Positions 16,514 through 25,644 are shown, counted from the stretch's first letter. The stretch is DNA of 32,000 nucleotides from Dickeya solani IPO 2222 (GCF_001644705.1 NZ_CP015137.1:3510001-3542000), one strand, 5' to 3'. Numbers and translations are program-made. The notes: generated by a model from the letters alone, not told the origin.

Positions 16514-19243
16514 TCAGGACTCCATCTCTTCAGGTTCGAGCGCCGGCGGCGGCGCCAGCGGCAAGGTAAAGTGGAACACCGCACCGCCGTCATCCGCGTT
16601 AGTGGCCCAGATTCGTCCGCCGTGAATCTCCACAATCGCCCGGCAAATGGCCAGCCCCAGCCCGACGCCGGGAATGGAGGATTCTTTGTGCCCGCGGGCG
16701 AATTTGTCAAAAATCACTTTTTCCTGACCGTCGGGGATGCCGGGGCCGTTATCCCGCACCTGTACTTCCAGCATATCACCGGAGGCCGGGGAGGCTATCG
16801 GGCTGGCAGAGACGGTGATCGTCGCCTGTTCGCCGGCGTATTTAATGGCGTTTTCCAGCAGGTTGATCAGCACCCGTTCGATCAGGCTGGCGTCGCAGTA
16901 CACCAGAATCATGTCCTGCGGCAACCGTAATTGAATAGTATGGTTTGCCAGTGAATTTTCCAACTGCCGTAACGCACTTCCGGCGAGTTCTTCCAGCGTT
17001 TGCCACTCTTTACGCAAATTGAAGCCATCGGACTGGATGCGCGCCATATCCAGCAGGTTGTTGACCAACCGGGTGGTGCTGAGGATGTGCTGGCGAATCT
17101 GGCTGGCTTGCGGCGCATAGGGCGAGCCTTCGGACGCCAGATTAAGCGTCAGGATTTCCGCCTGACCAAACAGCACCGTCAGCGGGGTGCGTAAATCATG
17201 GGACAGGGCGGCCAGCAGCGAGTTGCGTAGTTGCTCGCGTTCGGCGTCCAGACGCGCATTTTCAGTGCTTTTAACCAGATGCAAACGCTCCAGCGCGTTG
17301 GCGATCAATACCGTGAAGGTTTCCAGCATGCGCTGTTGTTCCGGAATCATCAACTGACGAACGTTATTCGGTTCGAGGGCGATGACGCCGAAGGTCAGTT
17401 GCGGCGTCGCCAGCGGCAGAAGCTGATACGGCACGCCCGGCAGCGTGGTGGTGCCGGCCCCGGCGGGGGCAGCGTGATCGTAGCTCCAGCGGGCGATGGC
17501 CTGATCGACGATCAGTTGGTCGGGTTCGCCGAGTGCGGCCTGTTGCAGCTCCGCCGTCGGGGAGGAGAGCGGCTCGGCCAGCAGAATAGCGATTTTGGCC
17601 TGAAAGGTGGAACGCAGGAAATGGTGACTGGCTTTGGCGATATCCTGTACCGACAGGCTACGGTTGAGCGCCTTGGACATTTCGTACAGATGCCGCACCC
17701 GTTGCTCGCGGTAGCGGGCGACGCGAGCCTGATAACGTACGCCGGCGGTCAGATTCCCCACCAGAATGCCGATGGTCAGCATCACCGCGAACGTGACCAG
17801 ATATTGAACATCCGCTACCGCGAATGTCCCTTTGGGCACCACAAAAAACAGATCGAAACTGGCGACGTTGATGAACGCGGCCAATACCGACGGCCAGCGA
17901 CCATAAAACAGGGCGATGATCACTACCGCCAGCAGGTAGAGCATTACCAGATTGACCGGCTCCAGCATGGAGAACGGCGACCACAGCGCCAGCAGCGTAA
18001 TCAACGTGCAGAGCAGCGCGGCGACGCCGCAGCCGTAGAACTGCAACCGCCATTTATCGGTAATCCCCCGGATATCCGGGGCCTTGGGCGGAGGCGGGGC
18101 GGCATCGTCCTGCACCGACACCACCACCAAATCGAGGTCCGGCCCCAGCTTGCCGAGTTTCTCGGCGAAGCGGGTGCGGCGCCACCAGCCGAGTTTTTGT
18201 TCGGTGTGACGACCAATAACAATCTTGCCCAGATTATGATCGCGGGCGTAGCGCAGTACGGCCCGTTCTACCGATGGGTCGGAAAGGGTGGCGGTTTCCG
18301 CGCCCAGATCCTGCGCCAGTTTCAGCGCGCGCAGGATCGCCCGTCGTTCGCCTTCCGGCAACCGGTGCAGGCGCGGCGTTTCGACATAAATCGCGTGCCA
18401 GATGCTGCCCAGACGAGCGGCCAGACGAGCGGCGGTACGCACCAGCTTTTCGTTGCCCGCGCCGCGGCCGATGCACAGCAGGATGGCGTCGCGGGTATGC
18501 CAGACTCGTTCGCGCCCCTGGCAGGCGCGCATCGCCCGCATTTGGTCGTCCACCCGGTCGGCCATGCGTCTGAGCGCTAGTTCTCGCAGGGCGAGCAGGT
18601 TGCCTTTGCGAAAGAAGTTTTCGATGGCGCGTTCCGCCTGCATCGGCAGGTAGACCTTGCCTTCGTTGAGGCGCTGGCGCAGGTCGTCAGGCGGCAGGTC
18701 CACCAGCACCACTTCATTAGCGTCATCGAAAATCGGGTCCGGGACGGTTTCCCGCACCCGGATGCCGGTTACGCCGCCGACGATGTCGTTCAGGCTTTCC
18801 AGATGCTGCACGTTGACGGTAGTGAACACGTCGATGCCGGCATCCAGCAGTTCCTGCACGTCCTGCCAGCGTTTGGGATGACGGGAACCGCGAATGTTGC
18901 TGTGTGCCAGTTCGTCGATCAGAATCAGCGCCGGGCAGCGCGCCAGCGCCGCGTCCAGATCGAACTCATGATGATGGCGGCCATGATGGTTGATTTTCTT
19001 CATCTGCAGGTGCGGCAACCCCTCTACCAGCGCAGCAGTTTCGCTGCGCCCGTGGGTTTCCACCACCCCAACCAGCACATCCAGCCCCTGAGCCTTCAGG
19101 CGCTGCGCTTCCAGCAGCATGGCATAAGTCTTGCCGACCCCGGCGCAGGCGCCGAAGAAGATTTTCAGTTTGCCGCGCGGCTGTTCCTCAATCTGGCTCA
19201 GCAGGCTGTCCGGGTCGGGGCGACGTTGTTCCTCGTCGGTCAT
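16514..19243 (-). CDS. kdpD: KdpD sensor histidine kinase
   Basis: 909 aa beginning MTDEEQRRPDPDSLLSQIEEQPRGKLKIFFGACAGVGKTYAML (KdpD N-terminal P-loop domain). It also has four TM helices, the H-box ALSHDLRTPLT and a C-terminal ATPase domain. Confidence 0.96.
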   Translation of the reverse strand: MTDEEQRRPDPDSLLSQIEEQPRGKLKIFFGACAGVGKTYAMLLEAQRLKAQGLDVLVGVVETHGRSETAALVEGLPHLQMKKINHHGRHHHEFDLDAALARCPALILIDELAHSNIRGSRHPKRWQDVQELLDAGIDVFTTVNVQHLESLNDIVGGVTGIRVRETVPDPIFDDANEVVLVDLPPDDLRQRLNEGKVYLPMQAERAIENFFRKGNLLALRELALRRMADRVDDQMRAMRACQGRERVWHTRDAILLCIGRGAGNEKLVRTAARLAARLGSIWHAIYVETPRLHRLPEGERRAILRALKLAQDLGAETATLSDPSVERAVLRYARDHNLGKIVIGRHTEQKLGWWRRTRFAEKLGKLGPDLDLVVVSVQDDAAPPPPKAPDIRGITDKWRLQFYGCGVAALLCTLITLLALWSPFSMLEPVNLVMLYLLAVVIIALFYGRWPSVLAAFINVASFDLFFVVPKGTFAVADVQYLVTFAVMLTIGILVGNLTAGVRYQARVARYREQRVRHLYEMSKALNRSLSVQDIAKASHHFLRSTFQAKIAILLAEPLSSPTAELQQAALGEPDQLIVDQAIARWSYDHAAPAGAGTTTLPGVPYQLLPLATPQLTFGVIALEPNNVRQLMIPEQQRMLETFTVLIANALERLHLVKSTENARLDAEREQLRNSLLAALSHDLRTPLTVLFGQAEILTLNLASEGSPYAPQASQIRQHILSTTRLVNNLLDMARIQSDGFNLRKEWQTLEELAGSALRQLENSLANHTIQLRLPQDMILVYCDASLIERVLINLLENAIKYAGEQATITVSASPIASPASGDMLEVQVRDNGPGIPDGQEKVIFDKFARGHKESSIPGVGLGLAICRAIVEIHGGRIWATNADDGGAVFHFTLPLAPPPALEPEEMES

Positions 19244-19272
19244 TTCGGTTCCTCATCGGTCATTTCGGTTCC
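19228..19272. repeat. 20-bp tandem duplication (about 2.25 units) spanning the kdpD start codon
   Basis: 19231-19250 (cctcgtcggtcatttcggtt) and 19251-19270 (cctcatcggtcatttcggtt) are adjacent copies with 1 mismatch. The flanking bases extend the periodicity. Confidence 0.95.
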
Positions 19273-19295
19273 CTGGCGGTAAAGCGGTTCCTTGA

Positions 19296-19874
19296 TCAGG
19301 GGAGCGGCTTGAGCTGGTCCAACGCCATATTCAATTCTACGACATTCACCACCGGTGTTCCGATAAATGCGGGCCACGGCGTGCGCGTATAGCGATTGAT
19401 CAACTGTTCTACCTGATCCTGCGGCAGGCTGCGCGCTTTGGCGACCATCCCGGCCTGATAGACGGCGGCCGACACCGAAATGTGCGGATCCAGACCGCTG
19501 GCCGAGGCGGTGACCAGTTCCACCGGCACCGGCGCGTTGTCGCCGCGGCGCTGGTGCCAGGCGGCGACGTTCTGGCTGACGGCCTTGTCCAGCGCCGGGT
19601 TGCTGACCGCGAGGTTGCTGCCGCCGGACGCCATCGTGTTGTAGGCGCTGTCCGACGTGGCGGACGGACGGCTCTGGAAGTACCCGTCACGGCTGAACGC
19701 TTGCCCAATCAACGACGAGCCGACCGCGTTGTCCTGCCGATACAGCAGGGAACCGTTGGCCTGCGTCGGGAACAGCCATTGTCCCAACGCGGTGACCAGC
19801 AACGGATAGCCAACGCCGGTGATCAGGGTCATCAGCAGTAATAACACCAGTGAAGAACGGACATAATTCATCAT
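19296..19874 (-). CDS. kdpC: potassium-transporting ATPase subunit KdpC
   Basis: 192 aa containing ...GYPLLVTALGQWLFPTQANGSL...ASGGSNLAVSNPALD...VELVTASASGLDPHIS, which are conserved KdpC motifs. Confidence 0.94.
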   Translation of the reverse strand: MMNYVRSSLVLLLLMTLITGVGYPLLVTALGQWLFPTQANGSLLYRQDNAVGSSLIGQAFSRDGYFQSRPSATSDSAYNTMASGGSNLAVSNPALDKAVSQNVAAWHQRRGDNAPVPVELVTASASGLDPHISVSAAVYQAGMVAKARSLPQDQVEQLINRYTRTPWPAFIGTPVVNVVELNMALDQLKPLP

Positions 19875-19886
19875 AATTACCTTCGG

Positions 19887-21953
19887 TTACGCCAGCCCGG
19901 CGACAGTCAGAAGCAGGTCGATCAGTTTGATGCCGACGAACGGCACCAGCAGACCGCCCAGCCCGTAAATCCACAGGTTGCGGCTCAACAGCGCCGCGGC
20001 GCTCATCGGTTTATAACTGATCCCTTTCAGCGCCAGCGGGATCAGAAACACGATAATTAACGCGTTGAAGATCACCGCCGACAGCATCGCCGAGGCGGGG
20101 GAGTGCAGTTGCATCACGTTCAGCGCGTTCAACTGCGGATACGTGGCGGCGAACGCAGCCGGAATGATGGCGAAATATTTGGCCACGTCGTTGGCGATGC
20201 TGAACGTGGTAAGCGAACCACGGGTCATCAGCATTTGCTTACCGATATGCACCACCTCGATAAGCTTGGTGGGGTTGGAATCCAGATCCACCATGTTGCC
20301 CGCCTCTTTGGCGGCCTGCGTACCGGAGTTCATCGCCACCGCCACGTCGGCCTGCGCCAGCGCCGGGGCGTCGTTGGTGCCGTCGCCGGTCATCGCCACC
20401 ATGCGGCCTTCCGCCTGATACTGGCGAATCAACGCCAACTTGGCTTCCGGCGTGGCTTCCGACAGAAAATCGTCCACGCCCGCTTCGGCAGCAATGGCGG
20501 CAGCGGTCAGCGGGTTATCGCCGGTGATCATCACGGTCTTGATGCCCATACTGCGCAGTTCGGCGAAACGCTCCTTGATACCGCCTTTGACGATATCCTT
20601 CAGCGCCACTACCCCCAGCACGCGCTTGCCCTCGGCGACGACCAGCGGGGTACCGCCCTGGCGTGCCACGCTGGCGACGGCGTCTTCCACTTCCGCCGGG
20701 AACTGGCCCTGATTAGCGTCAATGTAGCGACGCAGCGCGTCCACGGCGCCTTTACGGATGGTGCGCTCCTGAATATTGACGCCGCTCATGCGGGTCTGCG
20801 CCGAGAAGGGCACGAAGGTGGCGTCCAGATCCCGCAGCGCCCGTTCACGCAGACCAAAACGCTGTTTGGCCAGCACCACGATGCTGCGTCCTTCCGGGGT
20901 TTCGTCCGCCAGCGAGGCCAGCTGCGCCGCGTCGGCCAGCGCCTGTTCGCTCACGCCCGGCGCCGGCAGAAACGCAGAAGCCTGGCGGTTGCCCAACGTG
21001 ATGGTGCCGGTCTTATCCAGCAGCAGTACGTCGATGTCGCCGGCGGCTTCTACCGCACGGCCGCTGGTGGCGATGACGTTAGCGCCCAGCATGCGGCTCA
21101 TACCGGCGATGCCGATAGCCGACAGCAGCCCGCCGATAGTGGTGGGGATCAGGCACACCAGCAGCGCTACCAGTACGGTGATGCTGATGACGGAGCCGCT
21201 GTTGTTGGCCATTACGCTGAACCAGGAAAATGGCGACAGCGTGGCGACCACCAGCAGGAAAATGATGGTCAGTTCCACCAGCAGGATGGTGAGCGCCACT
21301 TCGTTCGGCGTTTTACGGCGCTTGGCGCTCTCCACCATGGCGATCATCCGGTCGATAAAGGTTTCGCCGGGGTTGACGGTGCATTGGATCACCAGCCAGT
21401 CGGACAATACGCGGGTACCGCCGGTCACCGAGGCGAAATCGCCGCCGGATTCGCGGATCACCGGCGCGGACTCACCGGTGATGGCGCTTTCATCCACCGA
21501 GGCGCCGCCTTCCAGCACCTCGCCGTCGCAGGGGATCATCTCCCCGGCGGACACCAGCACCACGTCGCCTTTGCGCAGGCTGTCGGCCGGCACTTTCTGG
21601 CTGGCGGCGTCATGATGCGGGGCGGCAAGCTTGTTGGCCCAACTGGTTTTTTTCACCCCTTTCAGGGTTTCCGCCTGCGCCTTGCTGCGGCCTTCCGCCA
21701 GCGCTTCAGCGACGTTGGCGAACAGTACCGTTACCCACAGCCACAGTGAGACCGCGCCGGTGAATCCGGCGCTGCCGGTGGTTTGTCCGCTGACTATCGC
21801 CAGCCAGATACCGGCCGTCAGCAGGCTGCCGATATACACCACGAACATCACCGGATTGCGCCACTGGACGCGCGGATCGAGTTTTTTTACCGAATCCACC
21901 AGCGCGTTACGCAACAGAGCGGAATCAAAAAGCGTTTGCTGTTTACGAATCAT
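19887..21953 (-). CDS. kdpB: potassium-transporting P-type ATPase catalytic subunit KdpB
   Basis: 688 aa with the DKTGTIT phosphorylation motif, [17 protein letters not shown] and TGES. Confidence 0.97.
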   Translation of the reverse strand: MIRKQQTLFDSALLRNALVDSVKKLDPRVQWRNPVMFVVYIGSLLTAGIWLAIVSGQTTGSAGFTGAVSLWLWVTVLFANVAEALAEGRSKAQAETLKGVKKTSWANKLAAPHHDAASQKVPADSLRKGDVVLVSAGEMIPCDGEVLEGGASVDESAITGESAPVIRESGGDFASVTGGTRVLSDWLVIQCTVNPGETFIDRMIAMVESAKRRKTPNEVALTILLVELTIIFLLVVATLSPFSWFSVMANNSGSVISITVLVALLVCLIPTTIGGLLSAIGIAGMSRMLGANVIATSGRAVEAAGDIDVLLLDKTGTITLGNRQASAFLPAPGVSEQALADAAQLASLADETPEGRSIVVLAKQRFGLRERALRDLDATFVPFSAQTRMSGVNIQERTIRKGAVDALRRYIDANQGQFPAEVEDAVASVARQGGTPLVVAEGKRVLGVVALKDIVKGGIKERFAELRSMGIKTVMITGDNPLTAAAIAAEAGVDDFLSEATPEAKLALIRQYQAEGRMVAMTGDGTNDAPALAQADVAVAMNSGTQAAKEAGNMVDLDSNPTKLIEVVHIGKQMLMTRGSLTTFSIANDVAKYFAIIPAAFAATYPQLNALNVMQLHSPASAMLSAVIFNALIIVFLIPLALKGISYKPMSAAALLSRNLWIYGLGGLLVPFVGIKLIDLLLTVAGLA

Positions 21954-21967
21954 CTTTTTTCTCCGGC

Positions 21968-23653
21968 TCAGTGAACCAGACTTGACTGTAAATGCTCGGC
22001 AACTGGACCCAGTGCCAGGGCAGGAATAAAGTTCAGCGCGCTAATCAGCAAAACGATGGCGATCAGCAGACCGATGAACAGCGGACCACGAGTGGATAAC
22101 GATCCCTTGGTTTCCGGCTGGCGTTTTTTCGCCACCAGCGAACCGGCGATCGCCAGCACCGGAATCAGCGACGAGAAGCGGCCCAGCAGCATCGCGATAC
22201 CCAGCGTCAGGTTGTAGAACGGGGTGTTGACGCTAAGGCCGGCAAAGGCGCTGCCGTTGTTGTTGGCGGCCGAGGAATAGGCGTACAGCACTTCGCTAAA
22301 GCCGTGCGCGCCCGGATTCAGGATGCCGGCGCGGCCGGCTTCGGTACCGAGCGCTAGCGCGGTGCCCAGCAGCACCAGCGCCGGGGTGATCAGAATCGCC
22401 AGCGCCGCCATCTTCATTTCCCAGGCTTCGATTTTCTTGCCGAGGTACTCCGGGGTTCGGCCGATCATCAGCCCGGCGATAAACACCGTTAGCAGTACGA
22501 ACACCAGCATGCCGTAGAAGCCGGAACCTACGCCGCCGAAGATCACTTCACCAATCTGCATCAGCCACATCGGGATCAGGCCGCCCAGCGCGGTAAACGA
22601 GTCATGCATGGCGTTGACCGCGCCGCAGGAGGTGGCGGTGGTAATAGCGGCGAAGAAAGCCGACGACAGTACGCCGAAACGGGATTCCTTGCCTTCCATG
22701 TTTTGCGCGCTGTCCGCCCCCAGCGACAACAGATGCGGGTTGCCGCTGACTTCGGCGTACATCACCACCGCGGTAGCGACGATCAGCATCAGCGACATCG
22801 CCCACAGCAGGGTATGGCCCTGATGACGGTCATTCACCACCCGACCGAAGGTAAAGCACAGCGCCGCTGGAATCAGCAGGATGGATAGCATCTGCACGAA
22901 GTTGGTCAGCGCATTCGGGTTTTCGAACGGATGCGCCGAGTTGGCGCCTAAAAAGCCGCCGCCGTTGGTGCCCAGCATTTTAATCGCTTCCTGCGAGGCC
23001 AGCGGCCCCATCGGCAGCACCTGCGACGCGCCTTCCAATGTGGTGAGATGTTGGTAGGGCAGGAAGTTCTGAATACTGCCCTGACTAATAAAGAACAGGC
23101 TGAGCAGTAGTGACATCGGCAGCAGCAGGTACAGATTGATGCGCAGCAAGTCCAGCCAGGCGTTGCCCAGATCATGGGTGGTGCGGCGGGCGAAAGCGCG
23201 CATCAGCACGAAAGCTACCGCGATGCCGGTGGCGGCAGAGAGGAAATTCTGCACCGTCAACCCCACCATCTGGCTGAAATAGCTGAGGGTATTTTCCCCG
23301 CTGTAAGCCTGCCAGTTGGTATTGGTCACAAAACTTATCGCGGTGTTGAGCGCCAGATGCCAGGACAGACCCGGCATCTGCTGCGGGTTCAGCGGCAGAC
23401 GATCCTGATACGCCAGCATCAGGAATAGCAGCACGATGCCCAACAGGTTGAACACCACAATAGCGCCCGCATAGTGTTGCCATCCCATTTCACGGGTTGA
23501 AAAACCACACAGCCGGGCCATGTTCAGCTCGTAACGGCGTATGCGGCCGGTTTCGCCTTCCACCAGCCGTGCCATAAACTGGCCGAGCGGTTGTGCCAGC
23601 ACCAACAGGATCGCAAACAGGCTGACGATCAATAAAAAAGCATCGCTGGACAT
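21968..23653 (-). CDS. kdpA: potassium-transporting ATPase K+-channel subunit KdpA
   Basis: The E. coli-like N-terminus [24 protein letters not shown] starts at ATG 23653, with GGAGGAA 6 nt upstream. This gives 561 aa. The track ORF (to 23767) is over-extended across kdpF. Confidence 0.95.
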   Translation of the reverse strand: MSSDAFLLIVSLFAILLVLAQPLGQFMARLVEGETGRIRRYELNMARLCGFSTREMGWQHYAGAIVVFNLLGIVLLFLMLAYQDRLPLNPQQMPGLSWHLALNTAISFVTNTNWQAYSGENTLSYFSQMVGLTVQNFLSAATGIAVAFVLMRAFARRTTHDLGNAWLDLLRINLYLLLPMSLLLSLFFISQGSIQNFLPYQHLTTLEGASQVLPMGPLASQEAIKMLGTNGGGFLGANSAHPFENPNALTNFVQMLSILLIPAALCFTFGRVVNDRHQGHTLLWAMSLMLIVATAVVMYAEVSGNPHLLSLGADSAQNMEGKESRFGVLSSAFFAAITTATSCGAVNAMHDSFTALGGLIPMWLMQIGEVIFGGVGSGFYGMLVFVLLTVFIAGLMIGRTPEYLGKKIEAWEMKMAALAILITPALVLLGTALALGTEAGRAGILNPGAHGFSEVLYAYSSAANNNGSAFAGLSVNTPFYNLTLGIAMLLGRFSSLIPVLAIAGSLVAKKRQPETKGSLSTRGPLFIGLLIAIVLLISALNFIPALALGPVAEHLQSSLVH

Positions 23654-23742
23654 CAGAATTCCTCCGCGTTGAGCAATGCATAAAAAAGATAAACCAGCAG
23701 TAGTACCACCAGCATACCGCCTGCCATCAGGCCAATATTCAC
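23653..23742 (-). CDS. kdpF: KdpF, 29-aa hydrophobic subunit of the Kdp complex
   Basis: It is below the ORF-track size cut-off. The minus strand reads GGAGGTGA-N3-GTG AAT ATT GGC..., giving (M)[28 protein letters not shown]. This aligns with E. coli KdpF (..LLLGYLVYALINAEAF). The TGA stop overlaps the kdpA ATG (TGATG). Confidence 0.82.
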   Translation of the reverse strand: MNIGLMAGGMLVVLLLVYLFYALLNAEEF

Positions 23743-23790
23743 AGGTCACCTCCAACGGTGTTGACACGCTATCATCCGGTCGTTTCCCTG

Positions 23791-23831
23791 CTCAGGCGCG
23801 CAGCGGCATCGGGCCGGGTGGCGCGCCTGAG
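23791..23831. repeat. GC-rich perfect inverted repeat (11-bp arms, 19-nt spacer) in the kdpFABC leader
   Basis: CTCAGGCGCGC (23791-23801) and GCGCGCCTGAG (23821-23831) are exact reverse complements. The element lies between the KdpE box with its predicted -10 and the kdpF start. Confidence 0.9.
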
Positions 23832-23899
23832 AAATAGGATTCTTCCTACGGTGCTCAGGCTACGCAGAGTGGAAAAAAGAAGGTGCAAATTTCCGCGGG

Positions 23900-23926
23900 G
23901 CGGGCGTAAAAAAAGTATAAAAATGG
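23900..23926 (-). promoter_or_regulatory. KdpE-binding site of the kdpFABC promoter
   Basis: The minus strand reads CCATTTTTATACTTTTTTTACGCCCGCCCCG. This is nearly identical to the E. coli KdpE operator as I recall it (CATTTTTATACTTTTTTTACACCCCGCCCG), with direct half-sites TTTATA and TTTAC(G/A). A plausible -10 (TAGCCT, 23862..23857) follows about 45 bp downstream. Confidence 0.7.
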
Positions 23927-24171
23927 TGAAAGATACGTCGGTTAGGCTATCTCTCTCCCAGATAAGGGTGCATGTGGCGTGGCGTTGCCCGGTGCATTCA
24001 GGCTGACAAGTTTTCAGCGTGGGTGAGCCGCGTGCAACCTTTTATGGTCAAAAACTTAACTGTAATTTAACTTATTGATGAGCATGGGAAAAATAGTTCA
24101 TTCTCGCGTTGTTATCTGGTCCGATGAGTGTAATATTTAATCAGAAGTAAACCGTTTAATTTGGAGGCGTC

Positions 24172-24378
24172 ATGATGTCCTATGTTGTTTATCCCTGGTA
24201 CCGGGTCGTTTTGCGCCGCACTGCCGTGGTGCTGGTAGGGATTCTGGCGCTGCCGGTGATGCTGTGCTGGCGTGGCCGTTCTCGTTTTTACAGTTACCTG
24301 CATCGCGTTTGGCTTAAGACCAGTGACAAGCCGGTGTGGCTGGAACAATCAGAGCATGCCGCCGGGCATTTTTACTGA
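24172..24378 (+). CDS. ybfA: YbfA (DUF2517) small membrane protein
   Basis: 68 aa. ...[54 protein letters not shown] matches E. coli YbfA (..[33 protein letters not shown]). GGAGG lies 4-7 nt upstream of the tandem ATGs. The gene is divergent from kdp, as in E. coli. Confidence 0.87.
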   Translation: MMSYVVYPWYRVVLRRTAVVLVGILALPVMLCWRGRSRFYSYLHRVWLKTSDKPVWLEQSEHAAGHFY

Positions 24379-24532
24379 TTGACCGTCCGTTCAGGAACGC
24401 CGCCCGGCGGCTGTTCATCCTTTCTGCATTGCTCTTGCTTGCTTTCTGCACTGCCGTTACCGCTCGTACCTTTTTTCCTGTTTCTTTTGCCGACTATCTG
24501 ACCGATTCCCTCTGCGTAGCCGTCGCGCGCTC

Positions 24533-24541
24533 TGCTATGAT
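24533..24541 (+). promoter_or_regulatory. candidate extended -10 promoter for the ybgA-like/phr operon
   Basis: TGcTATGAT (TGn + TATGAT) lies about 115 nt upstream of ATG 24656. No good -35 element is present. Confidence 0.3.
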
Positions 24542-24655
24542 TTCGCCAGTCAGTCGCGGCGCGGATGCGCTGACGTTGGCGTTTATCTCTCGGGGAAAGC
24601 GGGATAATTCCGCTATGCTATTGAGATAGCACTCTCTTTTAATCAAGGGGACACC

Positions 24656-25615
24656 ATGACAGCCGATCTGATTCCCATTGGCATCAGTGCCTGCCTGCTT
24701 GGCAATCAGGTGCGTTTTGATGGCGGTCATAAACGACTGGCCTTTGCCGTTGAGCAACTTGCTCCCTATTTTCATTTTGAACCCGTGTGCCCGGAGATGG
24801 CGATCGGCTTGCCGGTGCCGCGCCCGGCATTACGGCTGGTTAAGTCGGATGAGGGGAGCCTGCGCCTGTTGGCCAGCAATGGCTCCGGGCTGGATGTGAC
24901 TGATGACATGGCGGCTTTCTCCGCCGAAAAAGCGGCGCAACTGGCGCACCTGTGCGGCTATATCGTCTGCGCTAAATCGCCGAGCTGCGGTATGGAGCGG
25001 GTCAAAATTTATGATGCGGCTCAGAATAACGCGCGTAAAAGCGGGGTGGGGCTGTTTACCCAGCAGATGAGGTCGACGTTGCCGTGGTTGCCGGTGGAAG
25101 AAGACGGTCGTTTGCATGATCCGGCGCTGCGTGAGAACTTCATTGCCCGGGTCTATGCGTTGCATGAATTCAACCAGTTATGGAAAAAAGGGTTGAGCCG
25201 CGGCGCGTTGATGAGCTTTCACAGCCGCTATAAGCTGCTGTTGCTGGCGCATTCGCAGCCGGAGTACCGCGAACTGGGGCCGTTTGTCGCCGCCATGGAC
25301 CAGTGGGATTCGCTGGAGGCGTTTGCGGCGCAGTACCGGTTGCGATTGATGACGTTGCTGTCGCGCCCGGCAACCCGGCGCAATCACACCAATGTGCTGA
25401 TGCATGTGCAGGGGTATTTCCGCCGTCAGTTGAGCGCCGGACAGCGGCAGGAACTGACTCAACTGATCGATCGCTATCGTCAGGGGGTGCAGCCGTTGCT
25501 GGCGCCGCTTACCCTGTTGCGTCATTACATGGCGGAGTACCCGGATGCCTGGCTGGCGCAGCAGCGCTATTTCGATCCTTACCCGGAGGCGCTGCGCTTG
25601 CGCTACGGGCACTAA
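24656..25615 (+). CDS. ybgA: DUF523 (TudS-like) - DUF1722 (YbgA) fusion protein
   Basis: 319 aa. The N-terminal ~150 aa begin MTADLIPIGISACLLGNQVRFDGGHK...PVCPE...KSPSCG (DUF523 pattern, Cys13/Cys45/Cys111). The C-terminal ~165 aa (...FHSRYKLLLLAHSQPEYRELG...NVLMHVQGYFRRQL...LLRHY) look like E. coli YbgA. It lies immediately upstream of phr, as ybgA does in E. coli. Confidence 0.88.
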   Translation: MTADLIPIGISACLLGNQVRFDGGHKRLAFAVEQLAPYFHFEPVCPEMAIGLPVPRPALRLVKSDEGSLRLLASNGSGLDVTDDMAAFSAEKAAQLAHLCGYIVCAKSPSCGMERVKIYDAAQNNARKSGVGLFTQQMRSTLPWLPVEEDGRLHDPALRENFIARVYALHEFNQLWKKGLSRGALMSFHSRYKLLLLAHSQPEYRELGPFVAAMDQWDSLEAFAAQYRLRLMTLLSRPATRRNHTNVLMHVQGYFRRQLSAGQRQELTQLIDRYRQGVQPLLAPLTLLRHYMAEYPDAWLAQQRYFDPYPEALRLRYGH

Positions 25616-25644
25616 TGTTTCAGCAGTAGAGTTAAGGATGGTTC

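Noticed and set aside
18409-18432. Perfect 12-bp tandem repeat CCAGACGAGCGG x2 inside kdpD (encodes AARLAARL).
   Set aside because: It is in frame, and E. coli KdpD has a segment of the same length at this position (AARLASRL as I recall). It therefore reflects a conserved periodic helix rather than an insertion or slippage event.
24336-24629. 97-aa ORF with a hydrophobic, signal-peptide-like stretch (LFILSALLLLAFCTAVTA) downstream of and overlapping ybfA.
   Set aside because: It starts at a GTG inside ybfA with no SD. Its codons are T-ending (ctt tct gca ttg ctt gct ttc), unlike the GC3-rich usage of every confident gene here. The apparent hydrophobicity follows from the pyrimidine-rich tract. 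It also runs through the predicted promoter of the next operon.
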